Positions 15,161-28,235 of a stretch of DNA of 64,000 nt are shown piece after piece. The notes below the pieces were generated by a model. That model worked only from the letters and a program-made list of their open reading frames with translations, did not search any database and had not been told where the DNA came from. Position numbers and translations under genes: made by a program. Source of the stretch: Octopus bimaculoides (Eukaryota); assembly GCF_001194135.2 (NCBI RefSeq), contig NC_069003.1, positions 29,014,985 to 29,078,984 on the forward strand, in the 5' to 3' direction. Numbering within the stretch: the stretch's first letter is position 1; the number at the start of each line of letters is the position of its first letter.

Positions 15161-16440
15161 TCAAGCCCGAAAGGTATTTTTAACCTTTAATTCGTCATAG
15201 CTACACCATGATCAAAAATGTCTCATTTTTGCTCATAATTCTGTAGAATCAGGGGCTGACATATTTAGTTTCCCAATGTACTTAATTATATAGGCGTAAA
15301 GCAGAAAACTAACGGAGAAAGTTTAGTCGATGTAGTGTACCAGACACTGGATTAATCATTTAGCTTAAGTACATTGACATTATGAAAGACGGGATTTAAA
15401 CAAAGGGCAGGAAGCATTTTATTGTATTCTAATACGTATCTATCTACACACGACACGTATATATCTGCATGTATGTAGGTGCGACAAAGCTGTAACATAT
15501 TTGATCATCGGTTTGCTTCATCAGTACTGTCTTAGTGTGAACCAGCAATAACAGCCACCATTCCTGCTGTAGTAACAACTAAAAATTTCAACAACAAAGC
15601 TTATGAAAACTTCTGTTTTTCATCAGTTGCATTACTATATCATCTATTTATTAGAGAGTAACATATATCTCCAAAGGTTACTGAGTAACTTACTGAAATT
15701 CACATCAACATATACATGTATGAACGTGTGTGAGGATGTGTGCATACATTTATGTATACTGTGTAAGCAGTGTACGCAACGAAGCAAATTTGTAGCTGGG
15801 TTAGTTTGTACGTCCTCTCTCCAACTCCGACCCATATGCAGAATCAGTGCATCACTTTTCTCTCAGGTGAATTATTTTTGAACTGTACTCAAGGTAGGTG
15901 TCCGTACCAACAGTCTCCTGCTGGCATAACTCTTATGTATGTGACAGCTGTAAAAAAATAGCCAACCACGATAATAGAAGTTCGGCGCATTTATAAGTTA
16001 GGTTGAAAGAAACCGGCCCGAGGTACCAGAGAGCAAGATGAAAACCAGTGACTCGTAATTGCGAAGTGAATTTCTTAACCTTTCGGCCACGCTTCTACTT
16101 AAGGACAAGCTACGAAGAAACGGTCTGATTAAAAGATGCAACATATTACGTACATCATCTTGAAGTGTAAATACACAGTGCAGGTCAGTCTCTCTTAAGC
16201 ATATCTAAGTTGATAGGAGGAAATGGTGGTAGATATATCCCCGATGTACAATGTAGTGGGTTGCTGGCACCTATTTAACAGCTGGCCTTTTCTTGATGTA
16301 GGAAAATGAAATACAAGAAATCAGACAACCGTTATGGAATAGAACGTGTAGTTCTGCTTCACTGCAGATTACATTGATCAAACAACTTAGGTGTACATAC
16401 ACACACACGCACACAGAGATACATATAGGCACATATACAT

Positions 16441-16483
<43 letters not shown>

Positions 16484-16907
16484 NNNNNNNNNNNNNNNNN
16501 NNNNNNNNNNNNNNNNNNNNNNNNNNNNNNNNNNNNNNNNNNNNNNNNNNNNNNNNNNNNNNNNNNNNNNNNNNNNNNNNNNNNNNNNNNNNNNNNNNNN
16601 NNNNNNNNNNNNNNNNNNNNNNNNNNNNNNNNNNNNNNNNNNNNNNNNNNNNNNNNNNNNNNNNNNNNNNNNNNNNNNNNNNNNNNNNNNNNNNNNNNNN
16701 NNNNNNNNNNNNNNNNNNNNNNNNNNNNNNNNNNNNNNNNNNNNNNNNNNNNNNNNNNNNNNNNNNNNNNNNNNNNNNNNNNNNNNNNNNNNNNNNNNNN
16801 NNNNNNNNNNNNNNNNNNNNNNNNNNNNNNNNNNNNNNNNNNNNNNNNNNNNNNNNNNNNNATAAACTTATACAAACACAATCACATTTGTGTACGCATA
16901 TACATAG

Positions 16908-16956
<49 letters not shown>

Positions 16957-16986
16957 CGTATATACATATATATATATACATCTATA

Positions 16987-17019
<33 letters not shown>

Positions 17020-17581
17020 GTATGTATATATACATATTCATAAGTATAAACGAGTGTGTACCTGTGTGCAAGACCAAGTGCCTGTGTGCGAGTATGTACC
17101 AGTAAATGTGAGTGTATGAATGTATAGTGTGCAGCTGCAGTACGAGCCGCTCCCACGAGTTATTTCAGTACAGAAACTAGTATAAACAACTCATCTCCTA
17201 GATTAGGATACTGGAAGCTGTTAAGTCTATCAGAAAAGACTTACAATAAATGAGATATATTCTACGAAGGAATATGGTTTGATCTAGCAGTAGATCTATA
17301 ATTAGTAATAAAACATATTCTCATTGTCAATAATCGATGTCAGCTCGAAATAAAACACTTCTTCGCATTTGAATCAACATCATTTATTTCCTCAGCTAGC
17401 CATTGAAATCTTCCACGCAGATAACAGATAAACATCAACATCCAATAAATGGAACTCTTATTTATTTTAGCATTAGCATCACTATAACGATATTTTCACG
17501 ACAAAAGCAACGCAAATAAGGAATATATTACAGAACTTTAAGAAGAAATAGTATGCGAGTGCTATGTTTGTATATATATAA

Positions 17582-17620
<39 letters not shown>

Positions 17621-17716
17621 NNNNNNNNNNNNNNNNNNNNNNNNNNNNNNNNNNNNNNNNNNNNNNNNNNNNNNNNNNNNNNNNNNNNNNNNNNNNNNNN
17701 NNNNNNNNNNNNNNNN

Positions 17717-17759
<43 letters not shown>

Positions 17760-18027
17760 CGAGTGAGTAGACAAACGAAAGAACTGCATTATATAGATTT
17801 ATTGGGCGTTACATGTATAAATCAAAACCGTCTAATTCAGTCTCTTTCGTATTTTGGGTTTCAAGTGTGTGGCTAGTCAGTGGCCATTGGCGTATGGATG
17901 AATGTTCGTTTGAAGGCAATCGAAGTTTACTACTGGACATGAACCTGCGATTGGTCGACAAATGTAACGCGCTATGGCGGTTTGATGCTGCTATTTCAGC
18001 GACAACAATTAGTTGGCAAATTCAACA

Positions 18028-18096
18028 TGGTGAATAGGAAATCGACCGCATGGTAAACAGGAAATCGACTGCGTGGTGGACAGGAAATAGGTCGTG
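18028..18096. repeat. 23-bp minisatellite, about 2.7 copies
   Basis: tggtgaataggaaatcgaccgca / tggtaaacaggaaatcgactgcg / tggtggacaggaaat... Confidence 0.8.
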
Positions 18097-18189
18097 AAGT
18101 TTTCTGGGGGAAGAGAAAGGGGTGGTAAATGTGGAAGTATAAATGTATATATGTACATGTATATATGTACATGTATATACCCATATATC

Positions 18190-18590
18190 TGAGTGCATGT
18201 ATCCGTATTTATATGAGGATATGTGTGCATAGATGTACATTCAGACATCGGCGCTCATGCAAGCTCACACATATTCACACACACACACACACACACACAC
18301 GGAGGGCCACACGCAGACTCGCGTGCACACGTATGCACACGCGCACGCACACGTATGCACACAAGAGTGCACACGTATGTACACACGCGCGCACACACAC
18401 AGAGGCACACGCACACACGTGCACACCTTTATCTACATGTACGTACCAGCACATGCACGCGCGTATGCACACGTGTGCACGTGAATATACATGCACACGC
18501 ACGGGTGCATGTGTATATGGACGCGCACACATCTATGCACATGCGTACGGTGAACACATGCTTATGTGCGCTCATGCACATGCTCACGCA
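18190..18590. repeat. Degenerate CpG-containing purine-pyrimidine alternating tract
   Basis: About 400 bp of scrambled CA/CG/TG/TA dinucleotides such as gcacacgtatgcacac. Confidence 0.8.
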
Positions 18591-19670
18591 TCGTATCAGC
18601 AATAATCATTGACATCGCTCCCCACAAGTCCAATTCGCCCTAGTCACTTTTCAGTCTTTCTGCAACGGTCTCAGCCTTGCTAACACACAGCCTCAGAGCA
18701 GCAAGCTTGATGTCACTTGTTTCATTCCTAATGACAACAGCTTCGTATTAATTTCCATCAGTCGGTTTACCATCGAAATGCAGGCTCCATTTCTGATTGA
18801 GTAGCGTATCGATCAAGTGTTTCTTCATTTCACCAGCTTCCTTGAAGAGTGCCTTGTAAATGCCTTGCTGAGTAGGAACTGCGATATCAATCCCTTCCTC
18901 TGACAACTGTTTGCAAATTGTCGCTGGTTTGTTGGTAGAGACGTTTGTTCCTGTTACAAGTCTCGTACGAATTGCAGATTTGTTGTGCCTTCTTGTGGAG
19001 GAATAAGTGTCCTCACTATCACTATCATTGTTATCAAATCTCTCATCTTCACCATACTTTTACTCTTCAATTTCCTCTTCAGAGTCACTGTCAGTAACCA
19101 GGGCTGTTGGGTTTGATAAAGAATGGAAGGCTTCAGTATCCGAGCATCTTCTTCTCTTGGAAGGATGGATAGTGTGCTTCTCTTGGAAGGATGGATAGCC
19201 CACTTTTCCCTTGCTTTAGAGTTGTATGGATTACAGCTTTTTGTCATCACCATTGCCCCATTCACCGCGAGATTTAGTGATATCAAACAGTTCTACTAAT
19301 GGCTGATTTTTGCTTTTCTTGGGGCATTTGTCATATGAATGAAGAACATATTCGAGCTTGGACCGTATTGCTTGGTCGAAAATGATCGTAAAATTCAGAT
19401 TATCTCCGCGATTCTCTCCTTTCTGCCTTGAATTGATTTCCCAAGTAAATTGCACCGACAAACAATCTGCTCTTTAAGTGGCATTCGGCTTCTGCTGGGT
19501 AATGAGGCTTCTCCTACAGATACATGACCTCTGTGAGTACGACTGGAACTGCAAGAAATTTCTCCTCCATTTCTCCTTGTGCTTCTTAAACACTTTGAAG
19601 ATTTCCTTGAATGACATACCACTAGCAGTCATTCACAACTCATTCCCGCCTTCGTTCTCGTTCTAGGGAT
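18590..19670 (-). mobile_element. Degenerate DDE DNA transposase, hAT-like (hATm-type), 3'-truncated
   Basis: Manual minus-strand translation stays largely in one frame through several stops: MTASGMSFKEIFKVFKKHKEKW...LFDITKSRGEW...SKGKVGY...IHPSKRRR...acidic linker...GIDIAVPTQQGIYKALFKEA...KWSLHFDGK...KLAALRL...LDLWGAMSMIIADT. HFDGK and IADT resemble the first and second catalytic Asp motifs, about 59 aa apart. Similarity stops right after ADT. No TIRs found. Confidence 0.75.
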
Positions 19671-20502
19671 AAGAGTTTTAACTCTTTCAGGTATGTATGT
19701 ATGTATATATATATATATAGGTGAGAAAGTTGGTATGTGAAAGCACGTGGTTGGATGTATAAAAGATATTAAGAGTGAAAAAACTACAGAAGGCTTGTGT
19801 TACATGGTTAAAGTATATATTTAAATTATGTCAGAAAAATGTTAGAAAAATGTTATAAAATCTTTTTGGTATATAAACATTGTATTTTGAGAAATAACCG
19901 GTTTCGTGTTGTCTTTTCAAATTTCTCTACTTCATTGTGTCGTGTTCGCTCCAGTCTGTGTGGATGTATGTATGTATGCATACATACGTTACATTGCTTT
20001 TGGAATTATATATAGAAATATGTTACTTACGCACTAATTTTATATATTCTCATTATATATATTCATATTTATAATCAGCAGCTTTACTTAGCCCCGGCAC
20101 AGATGCGTATTCGCAGACATGTTCGTCCCTGGAGAATATCTGAAATGGTAGGTCACTACAGAGCTCTATATCAATTAATATAGTATGAGAAATGAATAGA
20201 AATTTCGTAATAACTTTTATGATCTTACAGCTATTTCGCCATTAGTGACTTGTGTAGCAAGAGTTCAATGCTCTTCGTCAAAGTCATTGAATTTGAGCTA
20301 ATGTACCTGTTTGCGTAATGTCTGTCCCGATGTCATTCATGAATAGAATGTGTGTGTGTGCAATATATATATATATATATATATATATANNNNNNNNNNN
20401 NNNNNNNNNNNNNNNNNNNNNNNNNNNNNNNNNNNNNNNNNNNNNNNNNNNNNNNNNNNNNNNNNNNNNNNNNNNNNNNNNNNNNNNNNNNNNNNNNNNN
20501 NN

Positions 20503-20553
<51 letters not shown>

Positions 20554-21022
20554 TACGTTTATACATGCACACACATTTGTATTTAGAAGAATACAAATCC
20601 TGGACATAAAATTAGAGATGCTGTTAGGTCCTTTATATACGATGTTACATAAAAGTGATAATATTTGACAAAAACATACATTTCTTCGTAGAATTTCACA
20701 GTTCTGTCAGTATGAACGTATCATGAACGTTTTAACGTTTATGTTTGTATTCATAGCAATTTCTCCGTATATTATATATATTATTGCATCCTAATATGAG
20801 CGTGTTTGCACAATAAACATTGTATCAATTAGGCGGTGAAGTTCTGAAACCATTGTAAAAGTTGAGAGGCAATGTATTTCTACAATAATTATATTTATGT
20901 AGAAGTTTATATATATATACATATATATTTATATAAATAAGGAGAAGATCGATATTTAAATATCGATTTTATTAGGTGGCCGGCATGGGACTAAAAACCA
21001 TCAAAGGTAATAATTATTTAAA

Positions 21023-21149
21023 ATTATAATTTAGTGTATCTATGAGATACCACCACGCTGCTGGAAATAGCAGTCAAAACTTGACTCTAAAGTCAATTTT
21101 TTACTGCTATTTCCAGCGTGGTGATATCTCGTAGATACCCTAAATTATA

Positions 21150-21151
<2 letters not shown>
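21023..21151. repeat. Near-perfect 129-bp palindrome (fold-back / MITE-like)
   Basis: Arms of about 61-64 bp with 5 substitutions and one 3-nt indel; 4-nt loop ctaa at 21087-21090. Confidence 0.9.
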
Positions 21152-21202
<51 letters not shown>

Positions 21203-22548
21203 AACCTCATCGAATGGACTGTATTCTTTTAATCTTTTATTCCTTTACTTCTTTCGCTCGTTTGACAGCAGCCAATCTGTGGTACCACTTGATAGGTTAT
21301 AATCGAAAAATCGGCCCCGGGACTTATATTATAAGGCTAGTACTTATCTTATCGGACTCTGTTGCCGAACAGCTAGTAATCCAAAGACAGTTTAGTCACA
21401 CGATGCTATATTCATTCTGGTTAACAATCACGCAAAGGGTACAGATGTCTGTGGAATACTCTACCACTAAAACGTCGATGCAATGTGTTTGGTAGTTCTG
21501 TTGAATAAACAACTAAAAATTTATAGTCAAGCTGAGATTTATTTACAAAATAGATTTATGTGACTTCCATGACAACGATCTGCAGGTTATTTTTTAAACC
21601 AAATACATTAGGTCGTACAGAGCATGATTAAGCGAAATGGCCATTTGCGGCACTATTCTTTAAGACCCAGATAAATTGTATCTTTAAATGAATTATTTTA
21701 CGCATACATATACACATCTATAATGATATTGGTGACTTGAAGTAAAATTAACAATTTTTTCAAACAGATGGAGTAACTCAGCTAAGTCTTCTATATTGAT
21801 TCATCGTGTTTAACTATTCTGTCGTCTACTACGACTTTCAAAAGATTTACATTAATTTTCGATTTATTTCTACAGCAAAATTGTTAATTTTCTAACATTG
21901 ATCTTGAGATTTAAATATTTATTTAACCGTTCTAGCCGTCTCAGCAATATTATCTCTATATCTTTTATTATTTTCTTAGTGTCAAAGTATTCTTCTTCTT
22001 TATACAATGATTAAGGTCATTTAATACATTGAGCTGTAATATGTTTTATCAGTATACGCAAATGAATTAATTTACGAGGTGTTAAACTTCTGCAAGCTAT
22101 TTCGTATTCAATAAATGCACCAGGAAAATAACCAACACTATGTCAAACTGTTCTAGCTTAATAGATATTGATCAGAAGTTAATAGTTAGCATTCAATAAA
22201 TGACACAGTATTGTCTTCTTAATGTTAATATTTCTAACCTCCAAAGTATAGATATCAAGTTTATTTTAAAACTTAACGCTCTATCATGTGCCAGCAACAG
22301 ATATGAAGACATGGTGTTATAAATTTACTGCACATCTCGTTAGTGGCTTTGTTACTTTTAGTTGTTTTCAGACCGATTAGCTCAACCGAGGTATTAAAAC
22401 GCCAAACGAAATATTTCGTATTCACTGACAGTGAATCTAAAGAGACCAGAATCAATAACAGATTTTCATTATATCAATAACATCTTTGTTTTACAGAGTT
22501 ACCATTGCCAAGAAATTTTAATTTTTACTTTAGCAAAATCAAATACAG

Positions 22549-22582
<34 letters not shown>

Positions 22583-22624
22583 ATACCCAAACACCCATAC
22601 CCCCCCACACACACACGCACACAC

Positions 22625-22870
22625 ATATATGCTCGGCCAAACTGCTGGATCAACCCGTACCAAATTTGGCATGAAGGTTCTTGCGGGGGTGGGGCAAATT
22701 ATGGCCCTTCCCATATAGGGTGTGTAGCCCCCCCACTCCATACGACCCTTCCGATTTTCTTTTTCTGCGGATTTTTATGTTTTCGATGACGGAGATTTCC
22801 AATATGCAAAAAAAAAACGTTTTCAAAATTCTAAATCGCCCCCCCTCCCACCAAATTTAAATTTTAAACT
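22625..22870. mobile_element. Possible non-autonomous Helitron/Helentron-like (DINE/HINE-type) fragment
   Basis: aaactgctggatcaacccgtaccaaatttggcatg resembles the core of DINE-like elements; flanked by (CA)n and (CT/CTGT)n; aaaaacgttttcaaaa recurs at about 22813 and 23224. Confidence 0.3.
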
Positions 22871-23036
22871 CTCTCTGTCTCTGTCTCTGTTTGTCTGTCT
22901 CTCTCTCTCTCTCTCTNNNNNNNNNNNNNNNNNNNNNNNNNNNNNNNNNNNNNNNNNNNNNNNNNNNNNNNNNNNNNNNNNNNNNNNNNNNNNNNNNNNN
23001 NNNNNNNNNNNNNNNNNNNNNNNNNNNNNNNNNNNN

Positions 23037-23081
<45 letters not shown>

Positions 23082-24539
23082 GAGAGAGAGAGAGAGAGAG
23101 AGTAAATACATATATATATGCATATAAAATACAAATATATAGAACGGCCAATCGAAGAAAAGACATATACAATCGACTAAAAATAATTAATCAAAATGGA
23201 TTTCTAAACGGGTAGGTGACTAAAAAACGTTTTCAAAAATATATTAAAAACTATATCCATCGACTAAAAAAGAGTTTTTACTCCCCTCAAATAAATATAT
23301 GTCAAAATAGTTCGTTTTATAAAAAGACATGTTAGGTTGAAGTCCAAGGATCATAAGAGAATTCCACGAAATCAAGTCAGAACACATCTATGCCCATCTC
23401 GGGAGTAGTTCACCGCTGCGGTCCGATTACGAGTTAAAATGCATCTCGGCAATGACCCTCATCCGGACGAACAGGAACCTCAACAATTAGTCTAATTTTT
23501 TATTACCCATAAAGAGGCTATAGATGAAGCTTGAAGATACTAAAAGACACCACAACATAAAGACAGTACAAAAGGACTCGGGGAACTAAAATAATAAAAT
23601 GGGAGATGGAGTAAGGAGAAGAATAAAAGAAAACGAATGATATTATGGAAGAACGACAAAATGAGGCGCAATGACCACCCGACCCCCGTAGTCGAGTGGT
23701 TATATTAATGCATGATTTTTACAGTCTTTTCTCTTTTACTAAAATTAAAGATCACATTAATACATGATTGTACAGGAAATTTATTTAATGTTTTAGGCAC
23801 AAAGGACCTAAGTATGGCAAGAGACTCACTTATACATAACTTACACTTGTTAACATTAACCCTGCAATAAGGGGCCCTCGAGATAACAGACCATTCAAGA
23901 GAATAAGTTTTCTTATTCCTCTTTAATCTATGTATATAAGAGGTAAGTGTAATGGAGTTACAATATTTTTCGTTCGAAAACCCATTTTATGTGGGCCCTA
24001 TACCTTGCCTTAAAATTGACAAAGCTATCCAATTACGCTCCTCTAACAATGCATTTATAAATAACATTTGTAGTCAGAAAGTATCCGTAATGGAATATAA
24101 CCGAGGGTTTCTACTATTACGGGATTCATCAGAACTAGCCAAATCCCTATTACTAATAATAACATTACTTATCTGGCTTCCTGCATTCTTTCCCTCAGAT
24201 ATCTCATTAAAGGCTTATCAAAGCTTAGCGGCTCATTACCAGAGTTTCTAACAGAGAAATACTTCCAGTGCATTTTCCCATTTAATTTGCTTCTATTAAT
24301 AGATCCAATAATGGAGGCCAAATTCGGCATTACTGAGAAAGAAAATTTAATGGAGGATTTATTGCAGATGTGTAGTATTTATGATTCTTTGCGAAATTCT
24401 CCTTCAAAATATTAATAAACAACTTGTGCAAATTTCTTACTCTAAGAGAAAAGTGGCGGTGAGTGGGGATAAAATGAGATGTGTATGTCCAGATTGAAAG
24501 AGATGCTGGGTTTTTTTTCTAATACCAATAACTGGTAAC

Positions 24540-25090
24540 TGTGTACAATGTGGCCTGCGTACGTTGTTGGTACATAAGTATGGGATGTTCATTATGTAAG
24601 AATGCGTAAAGTGAGTTGTGCACGTTACGTTTATTGTCGGCTCTAATTTTCTATTGTATAACGTTTGTTCCGTACATTTCTGATACATTTAGTATGATTT
24701 TTACAGAGATTTTTCGGACTGTGTCATGAGGTGTGAGCACAGCTAGACATTTCGTACTTACGTCTGTCTTTTCTATGTGATCCAATTATTATTTCTACCA
24801 TAACTAGCGTTCCATTTATTAGTAGTACTGTTTCATAACCCTCATAACATTTCATGTTACATGTACGTTAATAGTTTCTTGATCATCCCCCGAGCGATAA
24901 TAGGATCCACGTGTGGATACTCCTGTTTCAGTGTATATGGGTAGTCATGCTCCGGTTCATTGTATCTTGATGGTAGATTTAGAATTTATTTCAAACGTAC
25001 CTACAACACTTCATTTCAATGTTAAAGTGGACGTGAATGTTGTACCCTGAAAGATGCAATAGCTAAAGTGGCAGAGCACATCCTTAAGCG
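24540..25090 (-). pseudogene. Possible decayed tandem sushi/CCP-like modules
   Basis: GTTFTSTLTLK*SVVGTFEINSKSTIKIQ*TGA*LP, TCNMKCYEGY and INVTCTTHF...LCTNNVRRPHC each resemble parts of the CCP consensus. They lie in different frames with several stops. Confidence 0.35.
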
Positions 25091-26064
25091 TAACATATCT
25101 GCAACTGCAGCAAACATGCATATGCATAACAGCTGCACTCGTCTGGGTGCTCATGTCACACACCCAAAGCTACATTACAGATCAAAATGTCTGTTGATTC
25201 ATAACTCACTGAACATAGCTGCTGAATTAATATATGTATTCTCACACAATTTTCAAGATTTGGGTAAAGAGAAAATGTGAATGCATACTTTAAATTTGAT
25301 ATAATATCAAAACTATAATCTTTTTACATTTTCACTTATATTTTATTTCCTTATGCTAGCGTCGAACTGATCTTGTGTAGCTAAAATCACACCTGTTTCT
25401 AATATTGAATAATTGTTAGTTTTCATTGTGGCTTAATTATTTTTTTCGATCCAGACTTACATGGCAACAGAAATGACATGATTCTGCTCTGTTTTTTTTC
25501 TACTTTAATACATTTGGAACTTTCTAATTTCATTTTGTGTTTCGCGATTTTTAATGCTTTTTATCTCCTGCATCTTAGGTTATTTTTCAATATAGTTAGC
25601 TTTTAGTTTGTACTATATCGTTCAAGTACAGGTACTTTCTTGCTTTTTCTCTTAGAAACTCTCTTTGCTTGGTTGTAGCAATTTTCATTAATGTATACTT
25701 TGTTTATGCCACCTATATCAGCTTTGGGAATTCATCATTGAAACGCTATTGGTAGTTTTCTAGCTTTCCTGTCCAACTAATTCAATTTATTTAAAATCCA
25801 ATTTATTATTTTGAAACTGGGGTTTATTTCTACGATGGTTAATATTTTACACATTTCATCTTATTCCAAAAATTGAGTTCGAAATATAATAGTACTTTCC
25901 CATCTCATTTGTTCTTTTCTTTTCTAATTTTTTTACTTTGTTCTCTATTCTATTCTGTTAGTTCCATCTGGACCTAAGTAATAATATACACACACACACA
26001 CACACGCACGCACACACACACACACACACACAGACACACACACACACACACAGACACACACACA

Positions 26065-26104
<40 letters not shown>

Positions 26105-27334
26105 NNNNNNNNNNNNNNNNNNNNNNNNNNNNNNNNNNNNNNNNNNNNNNNNNNNNNNNNNNNNNNNNNNNNNNNNNNNNNNNNNNNNNNNNNNNNNNNN
26201 NNNNNNNNNNNNNNNNNNNNNNNNNNNNNNNNNNNNNNNNNNNNNNNNNNNNNNNNNNNNNNNNNNNNNNNNNNNNNNNNNNNNNNNNNNNNNNNNNNNN
26301 NNNNNNNNNNNNNNNNNNNNNNNNNNNNNNNNNNNNNNNNNNNNNNNNNNNNNNNNNNNNNNNNNNNNNNNNNNNNNNNNNNNNNNNNNNNNNNNNNNNN
26401 NNNNNNNNNNNNNNNNNNNNNNNNNNNNNNNNNNNNNNNNNNNNNNCAGTACGCTACTAGGTATAAACCTTTCATTTTATTATAGAATCTATATATGTTA
26501 CTTCTTTTTTTTTTTTTTCCTTTCCTTACATCTTTCTATTTCCTTCTATTTATCTTTGCCATATAATCGTTCTGATGATGTCTATCAATTGTAACGAGTT
26601 AAATGTAAATTTACCCCAGCTTGATATACTGAAAAAGCTGTGAACTCTCTTTTTATTAAATGACTTTAAAACAACAATGATCCACTTCTAACTGTTATTA
26701 TTGCTCCATTTCCGATCATTTTTTTATATATATTAAACCACGGGTTTACCTTTTAGATTACCTACTATCGTAAACCTTATAACAAGGACCATACATACTG
26801 AGGTAATACCAGGAGTGCATTTGGATACATCTATCCCTTAGATGGTTACATTACCTATAAATAAGTACCAGTCGAGCACCGGGGTTCAATGTAATTGATT
26901 TACCTCCTTCGCCGAAATCGAAGGCCGTGTTCCAAAATTTGAAATCATTATATTAAGTAGGATTCCCAGGAATTGTTAGCGCGCTTTATAGCTATATTTT
27001 GAATGAATGTTTTCAAATTAATTAAAGAAAGATGTCAGTTCTTAATTTATCTTGGTAACACATTCTTAACTTGCTAACTACATTTTCATTGCTAACAATA
27101 ACACTTCAATAATTAGTGTTTACAATTCTTTCTACATTAAGAAGATTCCAATTAAATCTCAATATTTAGTTCCGAAAATACCTAATGTTATATCTATTTC
27201 ACCCGTGATATTCTTTTCAGTCACAGATCTCACATGCACTACTGGTCTACCTTAATGCATTTTGAATATCGAGTTGAATTTATCTGCTAGTGTATGAAGC
27301 CATGAAGTCGTGTAAATTTCGTGCTTACAATGTA

Positions 27335-27469
27335 TTACAGGCTAATCTTCTCCTTTTCTCCTTTTTCTCCTCCTCTTCCATCTCCTTCTCCTCCTCTTCC
27401 ATCTCCTTCTCCTCCTCCACCTCCTCCTACTCGTCCACTTTATGTTCGTTGTGGCCGGTGCTGTCGTTG

Positions 27470-27505
<36 letters not shown>

Positions 27506-27528
27506 TTCTTCTTCTTCTTCTTCTTCTG
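27335..27528. repeat. (CTC)-rich, (CAT)n and (CTT)n trinucleotide arrays
   Basis: Direct inspection. Confidence 0.9.
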
Positions 27529-27974
27529 CCATTGAAGCAAACAGCTAAAATTCAAATTAAATACCTTTTCAACCGAACAGTTATGGTGAGGAAGAAAATG
27601 CAGGCGTTTGTTTGAAGAATCTTTAATATATCTTCTCTTTGATGCGTTCGTTTTACCTTAATTTTACTGGTTCAACTCTTATCCTAGCGACGATTCCCAC
27701 TTCTCTTTAATAAGCATTAAACTCTGAAACTTCTATTTGCTATTAAAGCCATTCGAAGCTGATTATATAGCCCAATTTCCTTTCATATAATATTCTACCC
27801 TTATATGAACCTGTAAATTAGAAGTATTTGTTGATTCCTGTATACGTCTTCCAGTAAGATGCATGAATTTCTAATCACAAAGATAACCGTGTATCATCGA
27901 GTCTTAGTTTACTTTTCTTCTTCCAATCGCCAACGTCTGTGGATTACAGCAGTTATTATATATACAGTGTCAGT

Positions 27975-28235
27975 GAAAGTGCGTTGATTAAATGTTAGAG
28001 GGTTGGACTCGTGATCGTAAGAGAGTGGTTTTGATTCCTGGATCTGACAATGCGTTGTGCTGTTGTGCAAAAAGACAACATTTCACGTTACTCAAACTCA
28101 CAGAGCTAGCAAAAATTAATAAAATGGTGAAGGCACGACAAGTATGACCAGCTGGCGATAGAATGTGATCACAAATACTAGGGAAGTAGTGAATTGATGG
28201 GCCATAGGGCTTACCTAGTGTTGGATATTATCTAT
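27975..28235 (+). mobile_element. Degenerate tRNA-headed SINE
   Basis: gactcgtgatcgtaag...tttgattcctgg...gcgttgtg...catttcacgtt resembles the family C/D head. Confidence 0.5.

Noticed and set aside
18028-18096. CRISPR-like array
   Set aside because: The units are directly adjacent with no unique spacers, in a eukaryotic context with no cas genes.
19151-19198. 22-bp direct repeat inside the transposase as a TSD of a nested insertion
   Set aside because: Only 4 nt separate the copies, so it is a local tandem duplication or slippage.
19667-19690. Apparent 24-nt micro-exon (ttctag...cag|gtatgt)
   Set aside because: The donor GT is the start of a (GTAT)n microsatellite, and the segment overlaps the transposon's 5' region.
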